From NCBI GenBank assembly GCA_048938105.1, contig JBHLMN010000006.1:160001-224000 (forward strand): DNA of 64,000 nucleotides. The letters run 5' to 3'. A program made the translations under genes and the position numbers. Every line of letters begins with the position of its first letter. Position 1 is the stretch's first letter. This document shows positions 28,277 through 37,847 of the stretch, in pieces. The DNA is from Promethearchaeota archaeon (GTDB lineage: Archaea > Asgardarchaeota > Heimdallarchaeia > Hodarchaeales > Hodarchaeaceae). The notes beneath the pieces are model-generated. The model searched no databases. It was not told the DNA's origin and was given only the letters and a program-made list of their open reading frames with translations.

Positions 28277-29236
28277 ATGGCGGATCTCATTATTAGTGTA
28301 GAAACAGATAACAGAACAGTAACACCTTCTTTTACTAATCGTATTCTGATCTGGATTTTAGCTATCCGAGCACCCTTTTTTACGGCTTCAATCGTTCCAC
28401 TTGTTCTTGGAATGGCGATTGCTTGGTATGATACGAAGATATTTAATCCTCTTTTAGGTCTCTTAACCCTCCTTGCAGGAGTTGCTATTCATGCCGGGAC
28501 TAATTTGGCTAATGATTATTTTGATCAACCCACAGATGATATAAATCAAAACTTTTCTCCATTCAACGGGGGATCACGTATGATTCAAAATAATGTTTTA
28601 TTACCCCGCCAGATTCGTCTTGCCTCAATTATTTGCTATTTTGTAGGTATTGTGACCTCTATCTTCATCATTACAAGCACTGGAGGAATTTTATTACTAT
28701 TCTTCTTAGGAATCGCTGTATTATTGGGTTTATTTTATACGGCTCTTCCTGTTCGGTTGAGTTACCATGGATTAGGAGAAATTGCCGTTTTTGTTGGATT
28801 TGGGCCATTAGGAGTGTTAAGTGCTTATTACATTCAATTAGGTGATATCAACTGGCCCTTAACATTGATAGCTTCTATTCCAATTGCTTTTTTGATAGCA
28901 ATGGTTCTTTTCATTAATGAATTTCAGGATATTGAAGCTGATCAGGAAGCAGGAAAGAGGACACTCGTTGTTGTATTGGGAAAAACTAGAGCAGTTAGAA
29001 TCTACATAATAGGTATGATTTGTGCTTATGTCTTCATTCTGATAGGAATCATTGGTGCAGTTTTTCCTGTTTTCCTTTTATTACCTTTTATCACGATTCC
29101 AATAGCAGCTAAAGCCATTCTAACAGCAAAAAGAAATTATATGTTAATAGAAGAGTTACAACCTGCTAATGCTACAACAATTCTTACTCATTTCACTTTT
29201 GGTATCATGATGGCACTAGCATTCATTTTAGCTTGA
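28277..29236 (+). CDS. menA: 1,4-dihydroxy-2-naphthoate prenyltransferase (UbiA family)
   Basis: IRAPFF, NLANDYFD, FNGGSR, YHGLGE, INEFQDIEADQEAGKRTL. Confidence 0.88.
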   Translation: MADLIISVETDNRTVTPSFTNRILIWILAIRAPFFTASIVPLVLGMAIAWYDTKIFNPLLGLLTLLAGVAIHAGTNLANDYFDQPTDDINQNFSPFNGGSRMIQNNVLLPRQIRLASIICYFVGIVTSIFIITSTGGILLLFFLGIAVLLGLFYTALPVRLSYHGLGEIAVFVGFGPLGVLSAYYIQLGDINWPLTLIASIPIAFLIAMVLFINEFQDIEADQEAGKRTLVVVLGKTRAVRIYIIGMICAYVFILIGIIGAVFPVFLLLPFITIPIAAKAILTAKRNYMLIEELQPANATTILTHFTFGIMMALAFILA

Positions 29237-29244
29237 AAAACAAT

Positions 29245-31164
29245 TTATTCGAATAGATATCGAAGTGTTTTGTGTTCTATATGTTCAGGAAACTCAGGAA
29301 CCTCCCAGGTAAGGATAGTTACTTCGTCAGCTCTTTCAATTGTTGCATTTTTTGCCAGACCACTCTGAGCGAATGATTTCAATAAATGAATTGCTGCCTG
29401 ATTACCAATAATTAACTCAGTTACGAAATGTGTAACCCCTCGTTCAACAGCTCGTTTTGTAAGATACTCAAGGAAGAATCTAGCAAGTCCCATGTTCCGA
29501 TATTTTTCATGGACAAGTAAAGAAATCTCTGCAGTTTGATTATCATATAAGATATAAAAATGACCTGTTCCGATTATCTGTTCAGTTGATATTGGGTTTA
29601 GAAAAGCAGCTATTCCCATATCCCGAGAGAAATCAATATTTGCTTCTTTTTGCGCTTTCTCATGGGGTAAAGCTCTAATTGCGCTAAAATATCTTGAATA
29701 TCTACTTTGATCGGACAGGGAATAAAAGAATGTTCTCAGTTTGTCTTCATCACTGGTTAAAATGGGTCTAATCCGAACAGTGGGCCCATTTTTTAATGTA
29801 TAGTACTCTTGACATTCTAATGGGTGTAACATAATGTCTGGAGGGTCGTTGTATATTTGATCTTGGTAGCAATAACCGTATTCCTTTGCTTTTTCTAATA
29901 GTTGTTTTCGAAATTTTGGATGTGCTAATTCAATCATAGCAAGAACACGTTCTCTAAGAGTAGCGCCATGAAGATAAGCAATCCCATATTCACTAACTAC
30001 ATATTCAATATCTGCTCGTGTTATGGCAACGCCTGCTCCTGGTGACAAATGTGACACGATTCTAGATTTCAAGCCATCGTGAGATGTAGACGGCAATGCA
30101 ATAATTACTTTTCCTCCTTCTGATCGAAGAGCTCCCCTGTGTAGATCCACAGCTCCCCCAATACCACTATAAAGATAATGACCCAAGCTGTCAGCAGCCA
30201 CTTGGCCTGTTAAATCAATTTCCAAGGCTGAGTTCATTGTAACCATTCTAGGATTTTTAGCGATTATATCTGGATCTAAGACATAATCTGAAGAATAGAA
30301 TTTAAATTTAGGATTATTATCAATCGTTTTATATAGTCGTTGTGACCCTATGCAAAAAGCTGATACCGTTTCTCCCTTATGTAGAGTTTTCTTTGAATTT
30401 GTTATTACTCCAGATTCTATTAGTTCTAAAACACTATCTGTAATCATTTCAGAATGAATTCCTAAGTTTTCTCGATTTGAAAGGTATTTTAGAACGGCAT
30501 TTGGCACGCTACCAATACCAATTTGAAGTGTTGATCCATCACCTATTAATGTAGCTACATTTTTAGCTGCCCGCTCTATCTGGGGAGTGGTTCGCGGTGG
30601 AACCCATTCTTGTAATGGTGCATGATTTTCCACCATAAAGTCGATGCTAGATGTGTGAATTAGGCTATCACCATGAGTTACAGGCATTTCAGGATTGATC
30701 TCTGCTATTACTAAACGAGCATTTTCCACAGCTGATTTAGTCACATCAACACCAATTCCTAAACTCACATACCCCGAATCATTTGGCATAGAAGTTTGAA
30801 TTAAAGCTACATCAACCGGTAGAATACGTTTCTTAAATAATTCGGGTATCTTTCTTGAAGATACTGGCGTATAATCAGCTCTTCCTGTTCTCACTGCTTC
30901 TCTGATATTAGCAGTAATAAAGAAACTATTGTATCGAAACCGTTTTGTGTACTGATCTTTGACATATGGAGCTGAGCCAAAAGAAATCACATGATAAATT
31001 TCGTTGTCTTCCGTATGGATTTCCATATTAGAAAGATGGAGTAGTAATAATCGAGGTTGAGCACATCCAGTTCCAACGAAGATCCGATCCCCAGGTTTTA
31101 TATGAGAAAGTGCAAAATCAGGGGAAGTTATTTTCGGTTCTTCTGGTTCAATTGGCTGATACAA
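29245..31164 (-). CDS. Acetyl-CoA hydrolase/CoA-transferase fused to C-terminal GNAT acetyltransferase
   Basis: TLQIGIG, GIHSEM, NSALEIDLTGQV, SGIGGAVD, VSEYG; C-terminal VRIRPI..D, AEISLLVHEKYRNMGLA. Confidence 0.85.
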   Translation of the reverse strand: MYQPIEPEEPKITSPDFALSHIKPGDRIFVGTGCAQPRLLLLHLSNMEIHTEDNEIYHVISFGSAPYVKDQYTKRFRYNSFFITANIREAVRTGRADYTPVSSRKIPELFKKRILPVDVALIQTSMPNDSGYVSLGIGVDVTKSAVENARLVIAEINPEMPVTHGDSLIHTSSIDFMVENHAPLQEWVPPRTTPQIERAAKNVATLIGDGSTLQIGIGSVPNAVLKYLSNRENLGIHSEMITDSVLELIESGVITNSKKTLHKGETVSAFCIGSQRLYKTIDNNPKFKFYSSDYVLDPDIIAKNPRMVTMNSALEIDLTGQVAADSLGHYLYSGIGGAVDLHRGALRSEGGKVIIALPSTSHDGLKSRIVSHLSPGAGVAITRADIEYVVSEYGIAYLHGATLRERVLAMIELAHPKFRKQLLEKAKEYGYCYQDQIYNDPPDIMLHPLECQEYYTLKNGPTVRIRPILTSDEDKLRTFFYSLSDQSRYSRYFSAIRALPHEKAQKEANIDFSRDMGIAAFLNPISTEQIIGTGHFYILYDNQTAEISLLVHEKYRNMGLARFFLEYLTKRAVERGVTHFVTELIIGNQAAIHLLKSFAQSGLAKNATIERADEVTILTWEVPEFPEHIEHKTLRYLFE

Positions 31165-31299
31165 CTATAACCACCCTATAGAAATAGATTGATTGGTTTT
31201 TCGTAAAAAGTTAGCTTCGATTATCATAATGATTGAGGTTGTTAATTCATTCATGCTATTTTTGAATTTGAGGAGTTTTAAATTCAACGTTCATAAGCG

Positions 31300-31326
31300 G
31301 ATATAATTCAATTATTTCATAACTAT
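31300..31326. promoter_or_regulatory. 27-bp element, copy 1 (GATATAATTCAATTATTTCATAACTAT), with core palindrome ATAATT-C-AATTAT
   Basis: Identical copy at 34623-34649; each lies upstream of one of the paralogous dehydrogenases. Confidence 0.65.
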
Positions 31327-31488
31327 ATCATTATAAAATTCACATTCTTAAGTCAGGAACTTTTAACAATAGTTAATAGCAAACTCCTTTATTCTGAGAG
31401 TTAGAGTTTTTAAGCAAAGCTTAAACTCTTTACATAACCAATAATAAGAACTCTTTGACTATTTCTAATGAAAAGAAAGTGATAAAGC

Positions 31489-34455
31489 ATGCTAGATAGT
31501 GTTTTCGATCCAATACAAATTGAAATAGACTTAAAAAGTCGGATCAAAGGAGATATTGCCATTGACGATATCACTCGAAATTTCTATAGCACTGACGCTA
31601 GTGTTTATAGAATCGTGCCTTCATGTATCGTTTACCCCACAGATAAAGAAGATGTAAAAGAAGTAATAAAATACGCCAATAGAAAGGGGATTCCTATACA
31701 CGCAAGAGGAGCAGGGTCTGGATTAACAGGTTCAAGCTTAGGACCTGGAATTGTACTTGCCTTTAGAAGATATATGAACCAGATTATTGATATAAACGAA
31801 AAAGAGAACTATACAATTGTCCAACCAGGAGTAATTTGTGGGAATTTAAATCACGAACTAGCAAAAATCCGAAAAATAGTTTTTGTTGATAATTCTTCAG
31901 AAAATTATGCCTCTATTGGAGGTATGATAGGAACAAACTCATCAGGGGCACATGCTGTAAAGTATGGATATATGGCAAATTTTGTTGAGGAACTTACGGT
32001 TATCTTAAGCAATGGGGAGGAGATCAAAACTCATCCCATTGAGATTGGTTCTGATGAATATAATAATATTATCTCCGCTGATACACTAGAAGCTAATCTT
32101 TACAAATCAGCAGTAAAATTAATTAATAATCCAGAGATCCAGAATCTTATTTCAGAGAGATGGCCCAAGGTTAAAATGAATGTCAGTGGCTATAATATAA
32201 AAGATATGATAACAGATAATATGATTGATTTATCAAAAGCATTTTTAGGATCGGAAGCAACATTAGGGATCGTTGTCGAGGCCAAACTTAAGTTTATTGA
32301 CAAACCAAAGAATGTAACCTTAGTAGTCATGGATTTTGATAATCTTGCTAATTCGGGAAGAGCTGTAGACTTAATTGTCAATCAGATAGGAGTAGCTGCT
32401 ATTGAAGTCCTTGGTAAAAGTGTTATTGATTTCGGAGTTGAAATGAATCCTTCATTAAAACAGTTTATTCCTGAGGGTGTAGATAATATCCTTTACATTG
32501 AATTTGACGAACAAGACGAAAAGATCCGAGCTGAAAAAGTTGAAAAAACCAGGAAATTAATTATGGAGCAAGAAAAACTTGCTACTGATATGAGGTTTTC
32601 TGATGACCCCGTTGAACAAGCAAACCTTTGGAAAGTTAGGAAAGATGCTGTACCGTTACTTCAAAAAGTTCGGGAACCTCGTCGAATCATGGCTTTTGTA
32701 GAAGATCAAACAGTTCCTCTTGAGCATTTAGGTCACTATATGACGAAATTACGAGAGGAAGTATTCCCAAAACATGGAATACAAGCAGCAATATATGGTC
32801 ATGCATCAAAAGGCCTCGTTCATACACGACCATTTGTTAATACGAAAGATCCAAAGGATTTAAAGATTATTAAGGAAGTTGCTGATGAGATCAATTCGTA
32901 TGTCATCAGTATAGGAGGAGCTGTCTCTGGGGAACACAATGATGGCCTTGATCGAGTCAATTATGTTGTTGATATGTATGGAGAAGACCTTTACGATGTC
33001 TTTAGGAAAATGAAGGCGCAATTTGATCCAAATGGAATTCTTAATCCTGGGAAAAAGATTCCAAAAGAGCAAGACCTCTTGATAAAGAATCTACGATTTG
33101 GAGCGGACTATTCAACTATAGATATAGAAACTAATTTAGTCTGGGACAATAAATGGGGATTTAAGGATGTTATCGAATCATGTCACGGTTGTGGGAAGTG
33201 TACTGTAGAATTAATTCCCCAAAGAGATTGTCCCATCTATAGGGCTAAAAAATCAAGTACAGGAGAACTAGCTTCCCCAAGGGCTCGAGCAAACTTGTTG
33301 CGTGGTATTATCTCAGGACAATTAGATCATAAGATTCTTTACTCAAAAGAGGCCAGACAGGTATTGGAAGACTGTGCAGGTTGTATGATGTGTATTGTCG
33401 ACTGTCCATCTGGCGTGAATATACCCAAGACAATGTTTGATGCAAAAATCATGCATTATAAGAGATCAAAATGGCCTTTTATTGGTAGAATTCCGAGAGG
33501 GCATTATTTCACAGGTAATTATGAGCTAATCGCGAGATTAGGAAGTACTTTTGCACCTCTATCAAATCTAGGGCTATGGGGACCAAACAAGTACATGATG
33601 CAACTTTTTGGAGGGGTGCACCGAAAAGCGAATTTTCCGAAGTTTCGTCGTAATACATTCCAAAAATGGTTTAAAAATTATCGAAAGACGAATCCTCCTC
33701 CAAAAAATCCAGTAAAGAAAGTCGCACTTTTCCATGGATGTTTTGCTAATTATACTGAAAACACAGATATTGCTATTGCAGAGGTTCAAGTTCTTGAGAA
33801 GAATAATATTGAAGTAGTTGTTCCAGATAAACAATATTGCTGTGGAATTCCACTTCTATCCAATGGTCTTGGTCATGTTGCGGTAAAGAAAGGTGAAAAG
33901 AACGCAAAAATCTTTGCGGACTATGTAAAACAAGGATATGATGTTATAACTCAATGCAGCTCCTGTTTCGCTACTTTAAAGGATGAATTGCACGATACAC
34001 TTGTTGGTAACGATGATTCCAAGTTAGTTAAAGATAATACCTATTTCTTCTCAGACTACATTCTAAAACTCTTAGAAGAAGGCAACTTAAACACTGATTT
34101 TAATGGAAAAACAGGTAAAAAACTTCGTTTTGGCTACCATGAACCATGTCATCTTCTTAGTACTGGAAAAAAAGGAATTTCAGTAAATCTACTTAAGAAT
34201 GTAGATGCTATAGATCTAGTTCCCCTGAAGACCGAGTGTTGTGGTCAGCTAGGATCTTGGGGTTTTAAATCAAAGAATTATAAATATGGACAAATGATCG
34301 CTGAAAGAAGCTTATATCCTGAAGCAAACAGAGATGATATTGATGTTCTAGTTACCGATTGTCCAACGTGTAAACTCCAACTTCTAAACGTTGATAAAGA
34401 GGTATATCATCCCACTCAAGTTCTTCGAGACGCTTATGGTTTGGAGAAAGTTTAA
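31489..34455 (+). CDS. FAD-linked oxidase/Fe-S fusion (GlcD+GlcF, YdiJ/D-2-hydroxyacid dehydrogenase-like), paralogue 1
   Basis: YSTDAS, RGAGSGL, GSEATLG, GHA..GLVH, GEHNDG, LNPGK, CHGCGKC, CAGCMMCIVDCP, two CCG domains. Confidence 0.9.
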   Translation: MLDSVFDPIQIEIDLKSRIKGDIAIDDITRNFYSTDASVYRIVPSCIVYPTDKEDVKEVIKYANRKGIPIHARGAGSGLTGSSLGPGIVLAFRRYMNQIIDINEKENYTIVQPGVICGNLNHELAKIRKIVFVDNSSENYASIGGMIGTNSSGAHAVKYGYMANFVEELTVILSNGEEIKTHPIEIGSDEYNNIISADTLEANLYKSAVKLINNPEIQNLISERWPKVKMNVSGYNIKDMITDNMIDLSKAFLGSEATLGIVVEAKLKFIDKPKNVTLVVMDFDNLANSGRAVDLIVNQIGVAAIEVLGKSVIDFGVEMNPSLKQFIPEGVDNILYIEFDEQDEKIRAEKVEKTRKLIMEQEKLATDMRFSDDPVEQANLWKVRKDAVPLLQKVREPRRIMAFVEDQTVPLEHLGHYMTKLREEVFPKHGIQAAIYGHASKGLVHTRPFVNTKDPKDLKIIKEVADEINSYVISIGGAVSGEHNDGLDRVNYVVDMYGEDLYDVFRKMKAQFDPNGILNPGKKIPKEQDLLIKNLRFGADYSTIDIETNLVWDNKWGFKDVIESCHGCGKCTVELIPQRDCPIYRAKKSSTGELASPRARANLLRGIISGQLDHKILYSKEARQVLEDCAGCMMCIVDCPSGVNIPKTMFDAKIMHYKRSKWPFIGRIPRGHYFTGNYELIARLGSTFAPLSNLGLWGPNKYMMQLFGGVHRKANFPKFRRNTFQKWFKNYRKTNPPPKNPVKKVALFHGCFANYTENTDIAIAEVQVLEKNNIEVVVPDKQYCCGIPLLSNGLGHVAVKKGEKNAKIFADYVKQGYDVITQCSSCFATLKDELHDTLVGNDDSKLVKDNTYFFSDYILKLLEEGNLNTDFNGKTGKKLRFGYHEPCHLLSTGKKGISVNLLKNVDAIDLVPLKTECCGQLGSWGFKSKNYKYGQMIAERSLYPEANRDDIDVLVTDCPTCKLQLLNVDKEVYHPTQVLRDAYGLEKV

Positions 34456-34622
34456 TCTGCAAGTCTAAAAGTGTCTATAGATTTAACCCTGAAGAATGTT
34501 AAAGCAACAACAAGCAGAACTCAGTTTGTTTTAGTGAAGAACAATATATGTTCTTGAAAAGCTTTACAATTAAGAATTTAGTATATACAGAGTCTATACA
34601 GGATAATTTAGAAACATCTACA

Positions 34623-34649
34623 GATATAATTCAATTATTTCATAACTAT
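34623..34649. promoter_or_regulatory. 27-bp element, copy 2
   Basis: Exact match to 31300-31326 within otherwise diverged intergenic DNA. Confidence 0.65.
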
Positions 34650-34768
34650 TCCAGTCTAGGTCTTGCTTGGTAGGTTTAAGCGTTATAGTTTTAAGATAGT
34701 ATTAACTATTGTAAAGCTGTGGTTTTCACCGAATCAAAGATATTTTCATTTAAAAAGAAAGTGAAAGT

Positions 34769-37735
34769 ATGTCTAATATTAAGCTTGAACCTAAAATAAT
34801 TAAGAATGAACTCGAACAAAGAGTAAAAGGGGAAGTAGCGATTGACGATATAACACGCAACTTCTATAGTACTGATGCTAGTGTTTATAGGATTGTTCCT
34901 TCATGTGTTGTCCGTCCAAAAGATAAAGAAGACGTTAAAGCTGTAATAAAATACGCCCACGAAAGAGGTATCCCTATCCACCCTAGAGGAGGCGGATCTG
35001 GGTTGGGTGGGGCTTGTTTAGGTCCAGGAATTGTATTAACTATTAGAGATCATATGAACCAAATTATTGAAATAAATGAAGAAGAATCGTACGCAATTGT
35101 TCAAACAGGCGCCATTATGGGAAATTTAAATCATGAACTGGCAAAGATAGGAAAAATTGTATATATAGATAATTCTTCAGAAAAATATTCTACAATTGGA
35201 GGGAATATTGGAACAAATTCCTCAGGATCTCATGCTGTAAAATATGGATACATGGCGGATTTTGTGGAAGAGCTGACTGTGATTCTTAGTAATGGAGAGG
35301 AAATAAGAACTCGTCCTATTGAAATCGATTCGGAAGAATACAAAAGAATCACTGCTGCCGACACATTGGAAGCTAAGCTTTATAAATCGGCAGTAGAAAT
35401 GGTTAATAATCCAGAGGTACAAAATCTCATTTCAGAGAAGTGGCCCAAGGTTAAAATGAATGTCAGTGGTTACAATTTGAAAGATTTAATACAAGACAAT
35501 AAGATTAACTTGTCTTATATGTTTTTAGGTTCGGAAGGAACATTAGGAGTTGTAATAGAAGCTAAACTTAGATTCATCAACAAACCAAAAGATAAAACCC
35601 TAATCGTCATGGACTTTGACAATCTTGCTGATTCAGGAAAAGCTGTAGACTTAATTGTCAAAAAGATAGGAGCAGCTGCTATTGAAATTCTAGGGAAAAG
35701 CGTGATACAAATTGGAATCGAAATGAATCCTGCTTTAAAGAAGTTTATCCCTGAAGGTATCGATAATATTCTGTATGTAGAGTTTGATGAGCAAGACGAA
35801 AAGATTCGGTCAGAAAAAGTTGAAAGAACGAGAAAATTGATTATCGAGCAAGAAAAACTTGCCAAAGACATGAGGTACTCTGACGATCCTGCAGAACAAG
35901 CTGAACTATGGTATGCAAGACATAATGCAGTACCACTACTTCAACGAGTTCGTGAACCTCGTCGAATTATGGCATTTGTCGAGGATCAAACAGTTCCCCT
36001 TGAATATCTAGGGAATTATATGGTGCATTTAAGAGAAGATGTTTTTCCTAAATATGGAATTAGAGCAGCAATTTATGGTCACGCATCTAAAGGACTCATT
36101 CATACCAGACCATTCATAAATACAAAAGATCCAAAAGATCTAGAAATTGTAGAAAAAATCGCGGAAGATGTAAATTCATATGTTATCAAAATCGGGGGTT
36201 CAATTTCAGGTGAACACAATGAGGGAATGATGAGAATAAACTTCGTTAAAGAATTGTATGGGGAAGAGCTTTATGAGCGTTTTAGACAAATAAAATTACT
36301 ATATGATCCTAAGAATATTCTAAATCCTGATAAAAAGATTACTGATAAAGAACACCGAATAGTGAACAATCTTCGCTTTGGAGGAGACTATTCCACAATT
36401 GATATCGAACAAAATCTTTATTGGGAGCCAGAATGGGGATGGATGGATGTCGTTGAACAATGTCATGGATGTGGGAAGTGCACAGTGGATTTATACCCCC
36501 AAAGAGATTGTCCAGTTTACCGTGTGAAAAGAGATGACAGAGGAGAGCTAGCCTCGCCAAGAGCGAGAGCAAACCTGATGAGAGGTATAATATCAGGACA
36601 ATTAGATTATAACATCCTATATTCTAAAGAAGCTGGAGAAATAATAGAAGACTGTGCAGGTTGCATGATGTGCACAGTTGATTGTCCTTCAGGAGTTAAT
36701 ATTCCTAAAGCTATGTTCGACGTAAAAACAATACATTACAAGAAGTCAAAATGGCCATTCATTGGAAAAATACCAAGAAGTAATTATTTCACAGGTAATT
36801 ATGGATTAATAGCAAAATTAGGCAGTTTATTCTCTCCTTTATCCAATATTGGTTTGTGGGGCCCAAATAAATATTTCATGCAGGTTTTTGCTGGAGTTCA
36901 TCATAAAGCTAATTTCCCAAAGTTTCGCCATAATACTTTCCAAAAGTGGTTCAAAAAGTATCGTAAAATGAATCCTCCTCCAGAGAATCCAACAAAGAAG
37001 GTCGCACTTTTCCATGGTTGTTTTGCTAATTACACAGAAAACACAGATATTGCCATTGCAGAGGTTCAGGTTCTTGAGAAAAACAATATTGAGGTTGTTG
37101 TCCCTACTAAACAAGTTTGTTGTGGCATACCACTTCTTGCGAATGGTCTAGGTCATGTAGCTAGAAAGAATGGAGAAAAAAATACAGCAATTTTCGCAGA
37201 ATATGTAAAACAAGGATATGATATTGTCACTCAATGCAGTTCTTGTTATGCCACTCTGAAAGATCAACTTTATGAAACTCTTGTTCATACTGATGAAGCA
37301 AAGCTAGTAACAGATAATACATATTTTTTCTCTGAATATATTCTAAAATTACTAGAGGAAGATAACTTGCAGACAGATTTTAACGGAAAAACGATAAAAA
37401 ATCTTAGTTTTGGATATCATGAACCTTGCCATCTTATAAGCACTGAAAACAAAGGAATTTCAGTCAAACTTTTCAAAGACTTAGAAATTATCAATTTTAA
37501 ATCGTTGAATACGGAATGTTGTGGCCAAATTGGTTCTTGGGGTTTTAAATCGAAGAATTATAAGTATAGCCAAATGATTGCTGAAAGATCATTATACCCT
37601 GAAGCAAAGAGAGATGATATCGACGTTCTGATTACTGATTGTCCAACATGTAAGCTACAACTTCTAAATGTTAATAAAGAGGTTTTTCATCCCACCCAGG
37701 TTCTTCGAGACGCCTACAGCTTAGAGAAACCCTAA
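34769..37735 (+). CDS. FAD-linked oxidase/Fe-S fusion, paralogue 2 (tandem duplicate)
   Basis: Same 988-aa length and motifs as 31489-34455, with many synonymous differences. Confidence 0.9.
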   Translation: MSNIKLEPKIIKNELEQRVKGEVAIDDITRNFYSTDASVYRIVPSCVVRPKDKEDVKAVIKYAHERGIPIHPRGGGSGLGGACLGPGIVLTIRDHMNQIIEINEEESYAIVQTGAIMGNLNHELAKIGKIVYIDNSSEKYSTIGGNIGTNSSGSHAVKYGYMADFVEELTVILSNGEEIRTRPIEIDSEEYKRITAADTLEAKLYKSAVEMVNNPEVQNLISEKWPKVKMNVSGYNLKDLIQDNKINLSYMFLGSEGTLGVVIEAKLRFINKPKDKTLIVMDFDNLADSGKAVDLIVKKIGAAAIEILGKSVIQIGIEMNPALKKFIPEGIDNILYVEFDEQDEKIRSEKVERTRKLIIEQEKLAKDMRYSDDPAEQAELWYARHNAVPLLQRVREPRRIMAFVEDQTVPLEYLGNYMVHLREDVFPKYGIRAAIYGHASKGLIHTRPFINTKDPKDLEIVEKIAEDVNSYVIKIGGSISGEHNEGMMRINFVKELYGEELYERFRQIKLLYDPKNILNPDKKITDKEHRIVNNLRFGGDYSTIDIEQNLYWEPEWGWMDVVEQCHGCGKCTVDLYPQRDCPVYRVKRDDRGELASPRARANLMRGIISGQLDYNILYSKEAGEIIEDCAGCMMCTVDCPSGVNIPKAMFDVKTIHYKKSKWPFIGKIPRSNYFTGNYGLIAKLGSLFSPLSNIGLWGPNKYFMQVFAGVHHKANFPKFRHNTFQKWFKKYRKMNPPPENPTKKVALFHGCFANYTENTDIAIAEVQVLEKNNIEVVVPTKQVCCGIPLLANGLGHVARKNGEKNTAIFAEYVKQGYDIVTQCSSCYATLKDQLYETLVHTDEAKLVTDNTYFFSEYILKLLEEDNLQTDFNGKTIKNLSFGYHEPCHLISTENKGISVKLFKDLEIINFKSLNTECCGQIGSWGFKSKNYKYSQMIAERSLYPEAKRDDIDVLITDCPTCKLQLLNVNKEVFHPTQVLRDAYSLEKP

Positions 37736-37847
37736 TATTCATATCTAATTATGTTAAAACGTTGGAGGCCTTCCCAATCCAACCTTTTTTTCATTAAAAG
37801 AGACAAATTTCTGTTTTGTTGAACATCTAAAGGATTTACTTTTTCTT

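Noticed and set aside
31489-37735. Assembly artefact duplication
   Set aside because: Copies differ at many synonymous and non-synonymous sites throughout
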